Assembly: GCA_951406725.2 (NCBI GenBank)
Contig: OX597818.1
Coordinates: 31,248,001 to 31,312,000, forward strand
Direction of reading: 5' to 3'
Length of the DNA stretch: 64,000 nucleotides
Source of the DNA: Octopus vulgaris
Lineage: Eukaryota
The translations under genes were made by a program, and so were the position numbers. The notes below the pieces were generated by a model. The model had not been told where the DNA came from and did no database searches. It saw only the letters and a list, made by a program, of their open reading frames with translations. Numbering within the stretch: the stretch's first letter is position 1; each line of letters opens with the position of its first letter. Below, piece after piece: positions 53,480 through 64,000 of this stretch.

Positions 53480-53770
53480 GAAGCACAAGTCTATGTGCTG
53501 AAAGGGGAGCTAACCTTTTGATTCAACTCCATGCGACTTAGAGTTTCACAGGATTTTAAAAAATTTTTAATAAAAATCTTTGGAGGCTTCGCCACCTCCG
53601 GAATGTAACCCCATCATCGAATGGACAAACATCGGCAGAGCCCCACCTTACTCATCCGGCGACCGCAATTGCCAGTTCTGTCGCCGCGATAGACTGTATA
53701 TTCTCCCACACCCTGCAGTATCTATCAATAAGAAATAAGAACTATCTTATTGCTGCCATCAGAGGTACGT
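53480..53770 (+). mobile_element. Decayed Penelope-like GIY-YIG C-terminus (Naiad-type ending)
   Basis: PIIEWTNIGRAPPYSSGDRNCQFCRRDRLYIL...INKK*ELSYCCH fits IxWxI...PY...CxLC..E..I...LNKRxEL..CxH. Confidence 0.7.
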
Positions 53771-54008
53771 CCCAATAGTGAAATTAAGTAAGCCATTGGC
53801 CATTGGCCGCCGACAGCCCCGATATACTATATTAATATTGGCTGCACCTCAACACTGGCTGCCCCACAACCAAGGTCACTGTTTTTAAGCACCAATGCTT
53901 ACGCACGCCACAGGTTGACCTTCCAGTCTTAAGCATCTCTTGTAAATCTCTACGTTTGTTATTATCTTCCATGTCTTGGGTCTTTGTGGCCAATAAAAGT
54001 TATTATTA

Positions 54009-54069
<61 letters not shown>

Positions 54070-54158
54070 GTCTTTCCTTCTTACTTCAAATTTTATTCCG
54101 TTTCTCGCCGAGTGTTTTCCATACACCTAGGGCAGAGAAGCTCATTGTATGCATTCCC

Positions 54159-54244
<86 letters not shown>

Positions 54245-54246
<2 letters not shown>

Positions 54247-54375
54247 CCGCCGAGGTCGACTTTGCCATTCATCCTTTCGGTGTCGATAAATTGAGTACCA
54301 GTTACGCACCGGAGTCGATGTAATTGGCTGGTCCCCTCCGCCAAAATTTCAGGCCTTGTGCCTATAGTAGAAAGG
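54245..54375 (+). mobile_element. Family-B SINE 3' part, followed by compound (TTC)n/(TCA)n repeats to about 54575
   Basis: ccgccgaggtcgactttgccattcatcctttcggtgtcgataaattgagtaccag. Confidence 0.85.
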
Positions 54376-54514
54376 ATCATCATCATCTTCTTCTTCTTCT
54401 TCTTCTTCTTCTTCTTCTTCTTCTCCCCCCTCCTCCTCCTCCTCTTTCTTCTTCTTTTTCTTCTTCTTCTTCTTCTTCTTCTTCTTCTTCTTCTTCTTCT
54501 TCTTCTTCTTCTTC

Positions 54515-54557
<43 letters not shown>

Positions 54558-54619
54558 GCATCATCATCACCATCATTTAAAATAATTTGATTCCGTCCCA
54601 TCCAACTTAAAGTTTTTTG

Positions 54620-54790
54620 TAAAAACTTAAAGTTAATATAGAGCACTTTGGGTAATCGGTAATCTGGGACATCTTTGATCATAGTTCTTCTGAGTAGGGA
54701 TGATTTTTGCTCCCAAAATACAAGAATTCTACATGTATCCTTCTTCACAGACATCTACTCCGATATCTCTACAGATAAATAACCATTTTT
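54620..54790 (-). mobile_element. Possible CR1-like LINE 3' fragment
   Basis: Weak resemblance: RDIGVDV...KDVPD. Confidence 0.3.
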
Positions 54791-55646
54791 TAAAAATAGT
54801 TTTGATGAGTTTTCGAGTGTAAAACCTACTTAATTTCAAGGCTTACCCATAGAACATTCTATAATTCCCTTCTCCGTCTGCTCTCCCTACTCATTTTCCT
54901 CCTTCTCCTCTCCTACTTCTCATCATCATTGTAATCACCTACATCCTCAACATCATCATCATCGTCGTCGTGGTCGTTGTCGTTGTCATCATCATTATCA
55001 TCATCATCATCATCATCATCAATCTTTTTTTTTATCGTATATTAACTTTGTTTCGTTTCCATTTGCTTAGAAAAGTGTCGTTTAAAGATGACAAGCAAAC
55101 AAGGAATTTCTCTTTGTTCTGTGTTGCGTGAAGCTAAATGTTTTTTTCGGTTTAGCTGAGAGACACCACTTGTGATATTACATCACTTTTACACAACGGG
55201 AGTAGAAGCAACTAGATGTCTTTTACAAACATTTTCGCTACATGAAATTGGGCAATATATTTGTAAGGCGTTTCGTTGGATTATTATATATGCTGCACAT
55301 TCATACGACAATTACTAAAACCACAGCGGGTGAACGCATGTGCATATGTGTAGTGGCTCTGTCTGTTTGATTTTTAAAATTTCTCACCAATAGAAAAAAA
55401 GAAAAATCCTACTTTCTAACCCAGAAACGTATCATCGTCACTGGAATTTTGACAGTATCAACAAGGTAGCTATGTATGTATGTATGTATGTATGTATGTA
55501 TGTATGTATGTATGTATGTATGTATGTATGTATGCATGCATGTATGTATGCATGTATGTATGTACGTACGTACGTACGTATGTATGTATGTATGTATGTA
55601 TGTATGTATGTATGTATGTATGTATGTATGTACGTACGTACGTACG

Positions 55647-55670
<24 letters not shown>

Positions 55671-55677
<7 letters not shown>

Positions 55678-55882
55678 CGGGAAGCTTTATGAAAATAAAC
55701 AAAAGACGAAGGCAGGTGGAGTACAAACAAACAATTGTATTAGTATGGCGTTCAGGAATATAAATAAAACAAGTCTTTTACGTTTCGAGCCTACGCTCTT
55801 CAACAGAAAGATACACAGAAAAGAAACACGGAGAGAAACAAGGAGAGAAAAAAATGCGTGCAGAAGCTAGCGATTCAACATG
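55671..55882 (-). mobile_element. Solo PLE pLTR repeat with CUGUUGA hammerhead (55774-55811)
   Basis: Close reverse-complement match to 12078-12296; abuts (TATG)n at 55471-55675. Confidence 0.85.
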
Positions 55883-55883
55883 T

Positions 55884-56252
55884 CATTATTCGGTTTTCTT
55901 TCAAGATTACTTGCCAACAAAGAAAGAGCCGGTTTCTAACCTAGATCCAAGGCTTCTTCATTGGAATTTCAACAATATTAACACTGCAAGTATGTGAGTA
56001 TATGTGCAGTATTTGGAGTCAGTGCATGTGTAGATTTCTATGCTTGTTTTATGTATGTATCATCATGCATGTATAGACATGCGCATTATATACTTAAATG
56101 ATAAACTTCTGGAAAGTTTTTCAAATTTCTACAGTTGATGACTTGGATTTGTAGTCTTCGGATCAATTTTCTCCTTCTTGGTTTTGAGAAGCTTAATTTC
56201 TCAAAATCAGGACTTAGTGTGTTACACATCTCAATGCCCCAATGATTACTGG
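55884..56252 (-). mobile_element. Dong/R4 3' end
   Basis: PVIIGAL...EKLSFSKPRRRKLIRRLQIQ...KTFQKFII* plus a 3' UTR sharing the tcattggaat motif with 29503-29512. Confidence 0.75.
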
Positions 56253-56787
56253 TAAATATGTATGCATGTATGCATGTATGCATTTATTTGTATAAGTATG
56301 TATGCGTGTAAGCCTGTATATCACTGCATGTATGTATCTGCGTCATTTAATTTGTCTGTCAATATTTACAGATGTTTGTATGCCTGTACGTATGTATGGA
56401 TGTACTTACTAAACATTATATTCTGGGAAGCTTTTCATTAATGATTTGTAGTAAACTTCCTATTATTGACACTATGTCTGAAATTTGTATGGAGGAAACA
56501 TCGATTAATCGATTGTTTATTTTATCACTCTCAAAAGGATGAAGGCAAAGTCGACCTCGGCGGAATTTGAACTCAGAGCATAAACCAGAAGAAATGTCGA
56601 GTTAATGATTTGTAATAATAGCTTATAAATTCTGGTTCTTGTGAAATCCTGCTTTTTAATTTGGTTCTGAGGCAGTTAGTTATAAAGCGACCTTAATTAA
56701 AGGTATCAATCTACAGTTATAGTCCGTGTGTATATTTTTTATCATTAAAATTCCATTCTGTCCATTCTGTCCAGCTAAATTGATTTC

Positions 56788-56819
<32 letters not shown>

Positions 56820-57323
56820 TGTATGTATGTATGTATGTATGTATGTATGTATGTATATGCATGCATGTATATATGTATGTATTTATGAATGTATATAATG
56901 GAGGTCGTTTAATGTTATCACAGATAATGTTATCAAACAGAGACTGATATCGAAATGTCCCAAACATTGTATTTGCTTAATTTTATTAACTGGTTATTAT
57001 TCCCGTGAATGCTTAGTCCCAGAGCGATCGCAACAATCGGTTACGCACGTATGCATGTATGTATGTATACATATATGTGAAATGTACTTGTCTCACAAAA
57101 GATTTAATATGAGACTGGCTGGGCCCCACCTGCAAGTGTCGTGCATATATGGTTATGAAACAGGTGCCTGCTGTACCCTTATCAGACGGGTAGTCATGAT
57201 GGGTATATTGGGCTTTCTATATCTGTACCCCAGTGTCACTTTCAGGGTGTGCACTCACTTATTCAACAGAATATATAAATATTCATGTTTTGAGCATATA
57301 TATTTTGTATTATTAACATAGTA

Positions 57324-57512
57324 ATACGAAGGGGTGGTGAAAAGTTCCTGGGTTTGGGGAAACGTAAGTAGAGGAGGATCAATTAACTATGATTTTCTTC
57401 AACATATCCCCATATCAGATTCACACACTAGCGGTCATTAAATTTTTCTAAGCCCTGAAAAACAAAGAACTCGGAAGAACTACAGCCTGGCCTTCCTCCA
57501 GCACCCCTCGTA
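57324..57512. mobile_element. Mariner-derived MITE
   Basis: tacgaaggggtggtgaaaagttcctgg ... ccagcacccctcgta; internal match to 44168-44380. Confidence 0.75.
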
Positions 57513-57583
57513 CACACACACACACACGCGCACACACACACACGCGCGCACACACACGCGCACACACACACACACACATATAC

Positions 57584-57673
<90 letters not shown>

Positions 57674-58169
57674 ATGTATATATATATATTGTGAATTTTT
57701 TCAATCAACTCTGATGTTCTGAGGACCTTCACCTCCTCAAAACTCTCATCGTCCCTCACTTCTTGAATCTCTTGTGCCAGCGAAAACCTGATGCTCGGCT
57801 TATGCACATAAATCCATAAGCTATCTATGTATTTCATAAGTTTCTGTGGCGTCATTGACTATTTGAACATAAAACTTTATTGCATAGCGAACTTCCAGAT
57901 TGTCTTCACGTCGAGACTGCATTCTGCATACTAGTCAGCTATGACAAGCAGTGTTGAGTAGGGTCTTTTCAAAGTGCTACTTTAATCGTCTACCTCAATC
58001 TGGAATAAGACGCTGGCAGCTCAGCTTATTAGCTGTACAGTAAAATTATGCAAAAATTACAATAATCTAGAACAGTTATTACTACCTCTCCTAAAAGCGT
58101 CTTGAAATTCCAAGAATGCACCGCGTAAGTCTATGAATTACGAAGCCACCTTGAGTATGATCCTATGAA

Positions 58170-58512
58170 CCCGGAAAAATTTAAAACAGATAGTTACTTG
58201 CAAATAAATATGTTAACATGTGACATTATTGACCGAGGTTACCGTGGTCTTTTCTGTAGGCTTTTCTTTCCACGGATAAACCTTATCTGTTTCCCCCTTT
58301 ACACTTTACATTATGACATTTATTTGATACACGATCCCAATTGTTCGTTTTTTATTTTTAAAAATTAAAAAAATTTTTTTCTTTCTTTTTTACGATCCCT
58401 TTTGATCGAAAACCAACCCCACTTTTTTTTCTTTTTTCCTTCCCCAAAAAGAAAAGGTCTACTTTGTAATTTGTCCCGTCTGTGTTCAGCCCTGTGTGGC
58501 TAATAAAGAAAC
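58170..58512 (+). mobile_element. Probable LINE 3' UTR ending in the same tail as family-B SINEs, followed by (TCTA)n
   Basis: tttgtcccgtctgtgttcagccctgtgtggctaataaagaaa. Confidence 0.5.
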
Positions 58513-58513
58513 A

Positions 58514-58604
<91 letters not shown>

Positions 58605-59159
58605 ATAAAGGGTAAAGACCCGCTTCAGTCACAAATGATCATGGGATTGCACCGAGTCACGAGCCCGGGTAAGTTTGTTTGTCAATGACCAACAGTCGCC
58701 TATGCGTACTAGCCTATCCTCTCCACGCCACCGATGTTGTCCAAGGAACGGACAAAGGCAAAGGCCAATACAGCTTGGTACCAGTGACGTTGCAACTCAT
58801 TTCTAAATATATTATATATGTGTGTGAGTGTGTATGTGTGTGCGCACGCGCGTGTATGTGCACTCGCTCGTGTGCGTGTCTTTGTGTTTGTCGACCACCG
58901 CTTAAGAAATAGGTTAGTTTGTTACCTAGCAGTTCAGCAAAAAGAGAACGATAGAATAAGTATCAGATTAAGAAAAGGTACTGGGGTTTATTCACTCCAC
59001 TAAAATTCATTAAGGTGGTGCCCAAGCATGGCCGTTGTCAAATGTTTGAAACAAGTAAATGATAAAGATAGACACATATTTATATATACATATATGCTTT
59101 CTTGTACATACTGAGTTCCCTGTTCTCTCTCTGTAAACCACTGTGCTTATATATATATG

Positions 59160-59281
<122 letters not shown>

Positions 59282-59484
59282 CACACACAATATATATATA
59301 TATATACATGTGTGTGTATGTGTGTGTGTGTGTATGTGTGTGTGTGTGTGTGTGTCTGTGTATGTGTGCGTTTATGTGTCCTATAGAATAACTCTTTGGG
59401 TCGATTTTCTCGACTTAAAGCGGTGCTTCAGTATGGCCACTGTCAAATGACTGAAACAAGTAAAAGAGTAAAAGAGAGTATATG

Positions 59485-59540
<56 letters not shown>

Positions 59541-59854
59541 ACGATATTTTCACAAACATACGCGTATATTAACTTTAGTTGCAGTAGGTAAAACTATATA
59601 TGCATCCAACAAGGCAGAAATAATTCTATAAGAGATTTACCATGTTCACAGCAGGAATGTTCATAAATTATGCAGGTTTCCTGGAGGTAAATTATGGCCT
59701 TTATCATACCAGATACAATCAGAGAAAATTTTTCGCATGCTCCCAGCAGGTACAAATATACTATATTCCCAGTAGGTAAATTAGAGTAATTACCATATCA
59801 GGAAAAAGAGTGCGTGAAACCTTCACCAAGTCTACAGATACATATATACACGTT

Positions 59855-59885
<31 letters not shown>

Positions 59886-59971
59886 GCATACATACATGCT
59901 TACAAATATACATATATATATATATATATACATGTGTGTATACATACATACATATATATACACACATATAC

Positions 59972-60043
<72 letters not shown>

Positions 60044-60266
60044 TCGTGTGTGTACATATCCATACATACAAATAAAGGTACATATATAATTCTATGAGTT
60101 GAGTATTATTCCCGAAAATGATTGGTTCACCCCACTCTCTGTGCGTGTGCGTGTGTGTATATATGTATATTTATGTATGTGTGTGAGTATATATGTATAT
60201 ATGTATGTATATATTTATTACATTTGCACTTACTAGATGAAAATACTTCGCTGAATATATATGTAA

Positions 60267-60326
<60 letters not shown>

Positions 60327-60377
60327 CTCTATCTATCTATCTACCTACCTACCTACCTACCTACCTACCTACCTACA

Positions 60378-60432
<55 letters not shown>

Positions 60433-60910
60433 ATAATATTTATAGAAAATGGATGTACCGAGCAGGTAGTGGCAATAACTGCATGCACCCACACACGAAT
60501 ACATATTCATTTATACATTTATACAAGTATATACTACATGTGCATGTGTATCATATATAAGCTCACATGAATACATGCGTATATGCATACAATATGCATT
60601 GTGGTAGGGAAGTTAAAAGTGCTCATTAGTGAGTTTGTAGTTTGATAGGTTGGTCTTACGTAAAGTTGAGGAGGATGAAAGATACCTCTAAATCACCATT
60701 GTGTAGGTTGTGCATCACCAACGGAGTGAAAAAAAATCTCGGCCGTCTCCATCAATCGATCAAAAAGTATTTTATGTTTGATATGTAATCCTGTATATAC
60801 TATTTCGTGTATTGCGAATATAATCGGTGATTGGTGCAGTTTCACGTTACGTTTCTGCTGATATTCTCTATGTATGTATTTATATATATTTTTGTATGTG
60901 TAACGTAATA

Positions 60911-60978
60911 GTTTAGAAAAAAAACCCCATTGGTTTCATATCTAGCGTGAACTAGACATCTCTTCAGTTTCTCTAAAC
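60911..60978 (-). ncRNA. Type-I hammerhead motif downstream of a GIY-YIG remnant
   Basis: gtttagagaaa-CTGAAGA-g-atgtctag-ttcacg-ctagatat-GAAA-ccaatgggg-TT-ttttttctaaac; stem I about 11 bp, stem II 8 bp. Confidence 0.75.
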
Positions 60979-61119
60979 GATAACCGTTCTCTGCAAAGAA
61001 TGTTTTTTTTTTTTTTAACGCAAGAACACCGGTGATAGTTCAAGAAATATTCCTCTTAAAAAACCATGTCCGGACGAGTTGTCTTCCTTCGCTTAATAGC
61101 TAGGTTTTGCAATTTTGAT

Positions 61120-61295
61120 TTAAAAATTTCCGAAAATGTGCACAACTCGCCCAGCTTCCGTCCTGGAGTTCAGGTAGCCTCCTGGCTCATGTGAATTCAT
61201 GAGGATAATATATCTTTCTGCCATACACAATTTACATAGTCTTGTTCCATTGCGATAGGGTCCGCAAGTTTCCAGTAATTTCCACCTGATGTTAA
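61120..61295 (-). mobile_element. Penelope-like GIY-YIG C-terminus (Naiad-type ending)
   Basis: NIRWKLLETCGPYRNGTRLCKLCMAERYIILMNSHEPGGYLNSRTE, then after a frameshift ASCAHFRKF. Confidence 0.8.
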
Positions 61296-61359
61296 AGGGC
61301 GTATGATCGTCCTTTAGGCGCCATACGTATGTTGCAAGTGTTGTTCTGTTGCGTCTCTC

Positions 61360-62320
61360 ATTTGTGCTGTGTATTGAGAGGGTGCCATAGTTGAAAGAAC
61401 CGCTCGTGATTGGTATGCCAAGTTCGAAAATGGAAATTTTGACTTCAAAGACGCACCTCGTTCTGGATGTCCAGTTGAGTTCGATGAAGAGCGATTAACC
61501 AACTTTTGCATGAAAATTCTCGTCAAACGACAAGAGAACTGGCAGAAAAAATGGAATGCTCCCACATTGCTATAGAGAAGTACCTTCACTCGATGGGAAA
61601 GGTCAAGAAGTATGGAGCATGGGTCCCACAACAAAAATTAACGAGCCACGACAAGAAAAAATGGAATGCTCCCACATTGCTATAGAGAAGTACCTTCACT
61701 CGATGGGAAAGGTCCAGAAGTATGGAGCATGGGTCTCGCAACAAAAATTAGCGAGCCACAATTTCCGCTAGTTGGCTTGCTGGTCACCGCTAAAATCATG
61801 GGCACAAGCAACGATTTCTTTACCGAATCGTTTCTGGCGACGAAAAATGGTGCCTGTACATCAATATGAAGCAGCGTAAGGAATGGTAAACAGGCGACAC
61901 TGCGTGTGAATCAAGATCTTCATCCGAATAAAAACGATGTTGTGCATATGATGGCACTGGGAAGGGATTATCCATTACGAATTGCTTGAACGGAACCAAA
62001 CGGTCAACGCAGAACTCTATGTTCAGCAGATGGAACGACCCAACAGGGCTATTCAAGAGAAAAGACCCAATCGGCAGCATGGGGTTCTTCTGCTGCACAA
62101 CAACGCCCGTCTTCATATCGCCAATATAAGCAAGGAAGCCATTCAAACGCATGGCTGGGAAGTGCTGCCACACCCACCGTACTCTCCTGATTTGGCACCA
62201 ACAGATTCCCACCATTTCAATCTCTTTCAAATGCTATGCGCGGAGTTTTGTTCAGTACAGATGCAGAATTGAGAGCTTGGTTGGATCAATTTTTCGAGTC
62301 GAAATCGGGATTTCTCTCAA
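61360..62320 (+). mobile_element. Mariner (DD34D) transposase pseudogene with an internal tandem duplication of about 109 bp
   Basis: WYAKFENGNFDFKDAPRSG, GAWVP, IVSGDEKW, LLHNNAR, HPPYSPDLAPTD motifs; frameshifts and stops; duplication 61545-61650 / 61654-61759. Confidence 0.92.
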
Positions 62321-62430
62321 GGAGAATTAGGGTCCTTGTGGCTACTCTACGTGTACGCATTGTAGTATTTAATGCATTTTTCAATTATGGAATAACTGAA
62401 CGCCACGGATCCCGACTTTTGTTAACAGTA

Positions 62431-62828
62431 TGCGCAGGCGTAGCTGTGTGGTATGGGGCTTCCTTCCCAACCACATGGTTCCGGGTTCAGCCCCACTGCG
62501 TAGTACCTTACGCAAGTGACTTCTATTATAGCCTCGGGCCGATTAAAGCCTTGTGAGTGGATTTGGTATATGGAAACTGAAGGAAGCCCGTCGTATATAT
62601 ATATGTTTATGTGTGTGTGTGTCTGTGTTTGTGTGTCTGTGTTTGTCCCTCCACCATCACTTGACAACCGATGTTGGTGTGTTTACGTCCCCGTAACTTA
62701 GCGATTCGGCAAAAGGCACCGATAGAATAAGTACAAGGCTTACAAAGAATAAGTCCTGGGGTAGATTTCTTCCACTAAAAGTGGTGCTCTAGCATGGCCG
62801 CAGTCAAATGACTGAAACAAGTAAAAGA
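62431..62828 (+). mobile_element. Family-A SINE, full length
   Basis: gcgcaggcgtagctgtgtggta...caaatgactgaaacaagtaaaaga. Confidence 0.9.
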
Positions 62829-62919
62829 TTAAGTATGTATATATTCTTTGCGACTCTTTCTCTCTTTCTTTGTTTCTGTCTGTCTTTCTTTGTCTCTCTC
62901 GTCCTAATATTCCTTTTCT

Positions 62920-63335
62920 TATTTCATTACTGCCCACAAGTGGCTATACACAGAGGGGACAAACAAGGATAGACAAAGGGATTAAGTCGATTACATCGAC
63001 TCCAGTGCGTAACTGATACCTATTTAATCGACCCCGAAAGGACGAAAGGCAAAAGTCGAGCTCGGCGGAATTTGAACTCAGAACGTAAAGACAGACGAAA
63101 TACCTATTTCTTTACTACCCACAAGGGGCTAAACACAGAGAGGACAAATAAAGACAGACAAACGGATTAAGTCGATTACATCGACCCCAGTGCGTAACTG
63201 ATACCTATTTAATCGACCCCGAAAGGATGAAAGGCAAAAGTCGAGCTCGGCGGAATTTGAACTCAGAACGTAAAGACAGACGAAATACCGCTCAGCATTT
63301 CGACCGGCGTGCTAACGTTTCTGCCAGCTCGCCGC
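62920..63335 (-). mobile_element. Family-B SINE with tandemly repeated 3' two-thirds
   Basis: 62920-63104 is repeated at 63105-63289; head at 63290-63335. Confidence 0.9.
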
Positions 63336-63736
63336 ACTATTCCTTTTCTAGCGTCCCTACTACCTCCCGCCCTCTCTCTCGTCTTCTTACACTTAACTGT
63401 AGACTTTCTCCCTTCCTTTCTTACTAATTCTTTTTTTAATATTCATTTGAGGATTTCTTCCAGGCGTTACCCAACACTCTAGCGTTTGGCCGAATGGCTC
63501 TATTTATTGTCATCGTCTACCGTTTCAAGTTACATTTGTTTACTTTAGTACGTCCTCCCTGTATTGTTTTGTTTGCTCAAGCCCTAATTCTACTCAAATC
63601 TTGCGGGTGCCGCCTATATACGAAATTCCCAGTCTGTCCTACGTGTATGTTTTGTAGTATTTAATGCATTTTTCATTTATGAAATAACTGAACGTCACGC
63701 ATTCCGACTTTTGTTAACAGTAAGTTTAATATATAT

Positions 63737-64000
63737 ACTAGCAGTATCGCCCGGCGTTGCTCGGGTTTGTAAGGGAAATAACTATATAAGCATTTTTAGA
63801 GATGTAAAGTATAATAGCCATCTCAATATGGCTAACCACAAAGGGGGGGGGGTGTTACTGTAGCTTTTTACGGTCTGAGATTTAATAAATTTTTAGAGAG
63901 TTACTTCCCTTATATATGCCAAAAATGCATTAAAAATGGGAAAAATTGACGGTAAATTTTTTTTTAAATCGTAGACTCATCGTAGACGCGCGCTAATACC
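63737..64000 (+). mobile_element. Non-autonomous Helitron-like element end, runs off the window
   Basis: tactagcagtatcgcccggcgttgctcggg: terminal ACTAG followed by a short GC-rich hairpin (cccgg/ctcggg), typical of such elements. Confidence 0.6.

Noticed and set aside
56915-56965. Additional hammerhead (cagataa...tgatatcgaaatgtc)
   Set aside because: The core has two substitutions and there is no clear stem I; similarly weak cases near 14037, 18875 and 41720 were also dropped.

Overview
This is repeat-dominated, AT-rich eukaryotic DNA. The tRNA-derived SINE families and the extreme (TA)n/(CA)n/(AAT)n/(TACA)n density point to a coleoid cephalopod, most likely Octopus; this is an inference, not a database result. 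Almost every ORF in the supplied track is a microsatellite or transposon artefact. Recognisable content: three tRNA-headed SINE families, decayed RTE, Dong/R4 and CR1-like LINEs, maT (DD37D), mariner and Tc1-type DNA elements, a Helitron-like end, and several Penelope-like (GIY-YIG) remnants. Two things stand out. First, about ten type-I hammerhead ribozyme motifs from several unrelated families, several in short non-coding elements sitting inside (TA)n tracts; one is a young ~990-bp fold-back element whose arms are circular permutations of a ~560-nt monomer (retrozyme-like). Second, one credible host gene: a minus-strand exon (ORF 6465-6740) with a splice acceptor, good start context, signal peptide, RR/RIRR cleavage sites and a downstream AATAAA, i.e. 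an unidentified secreted peptide precursor.
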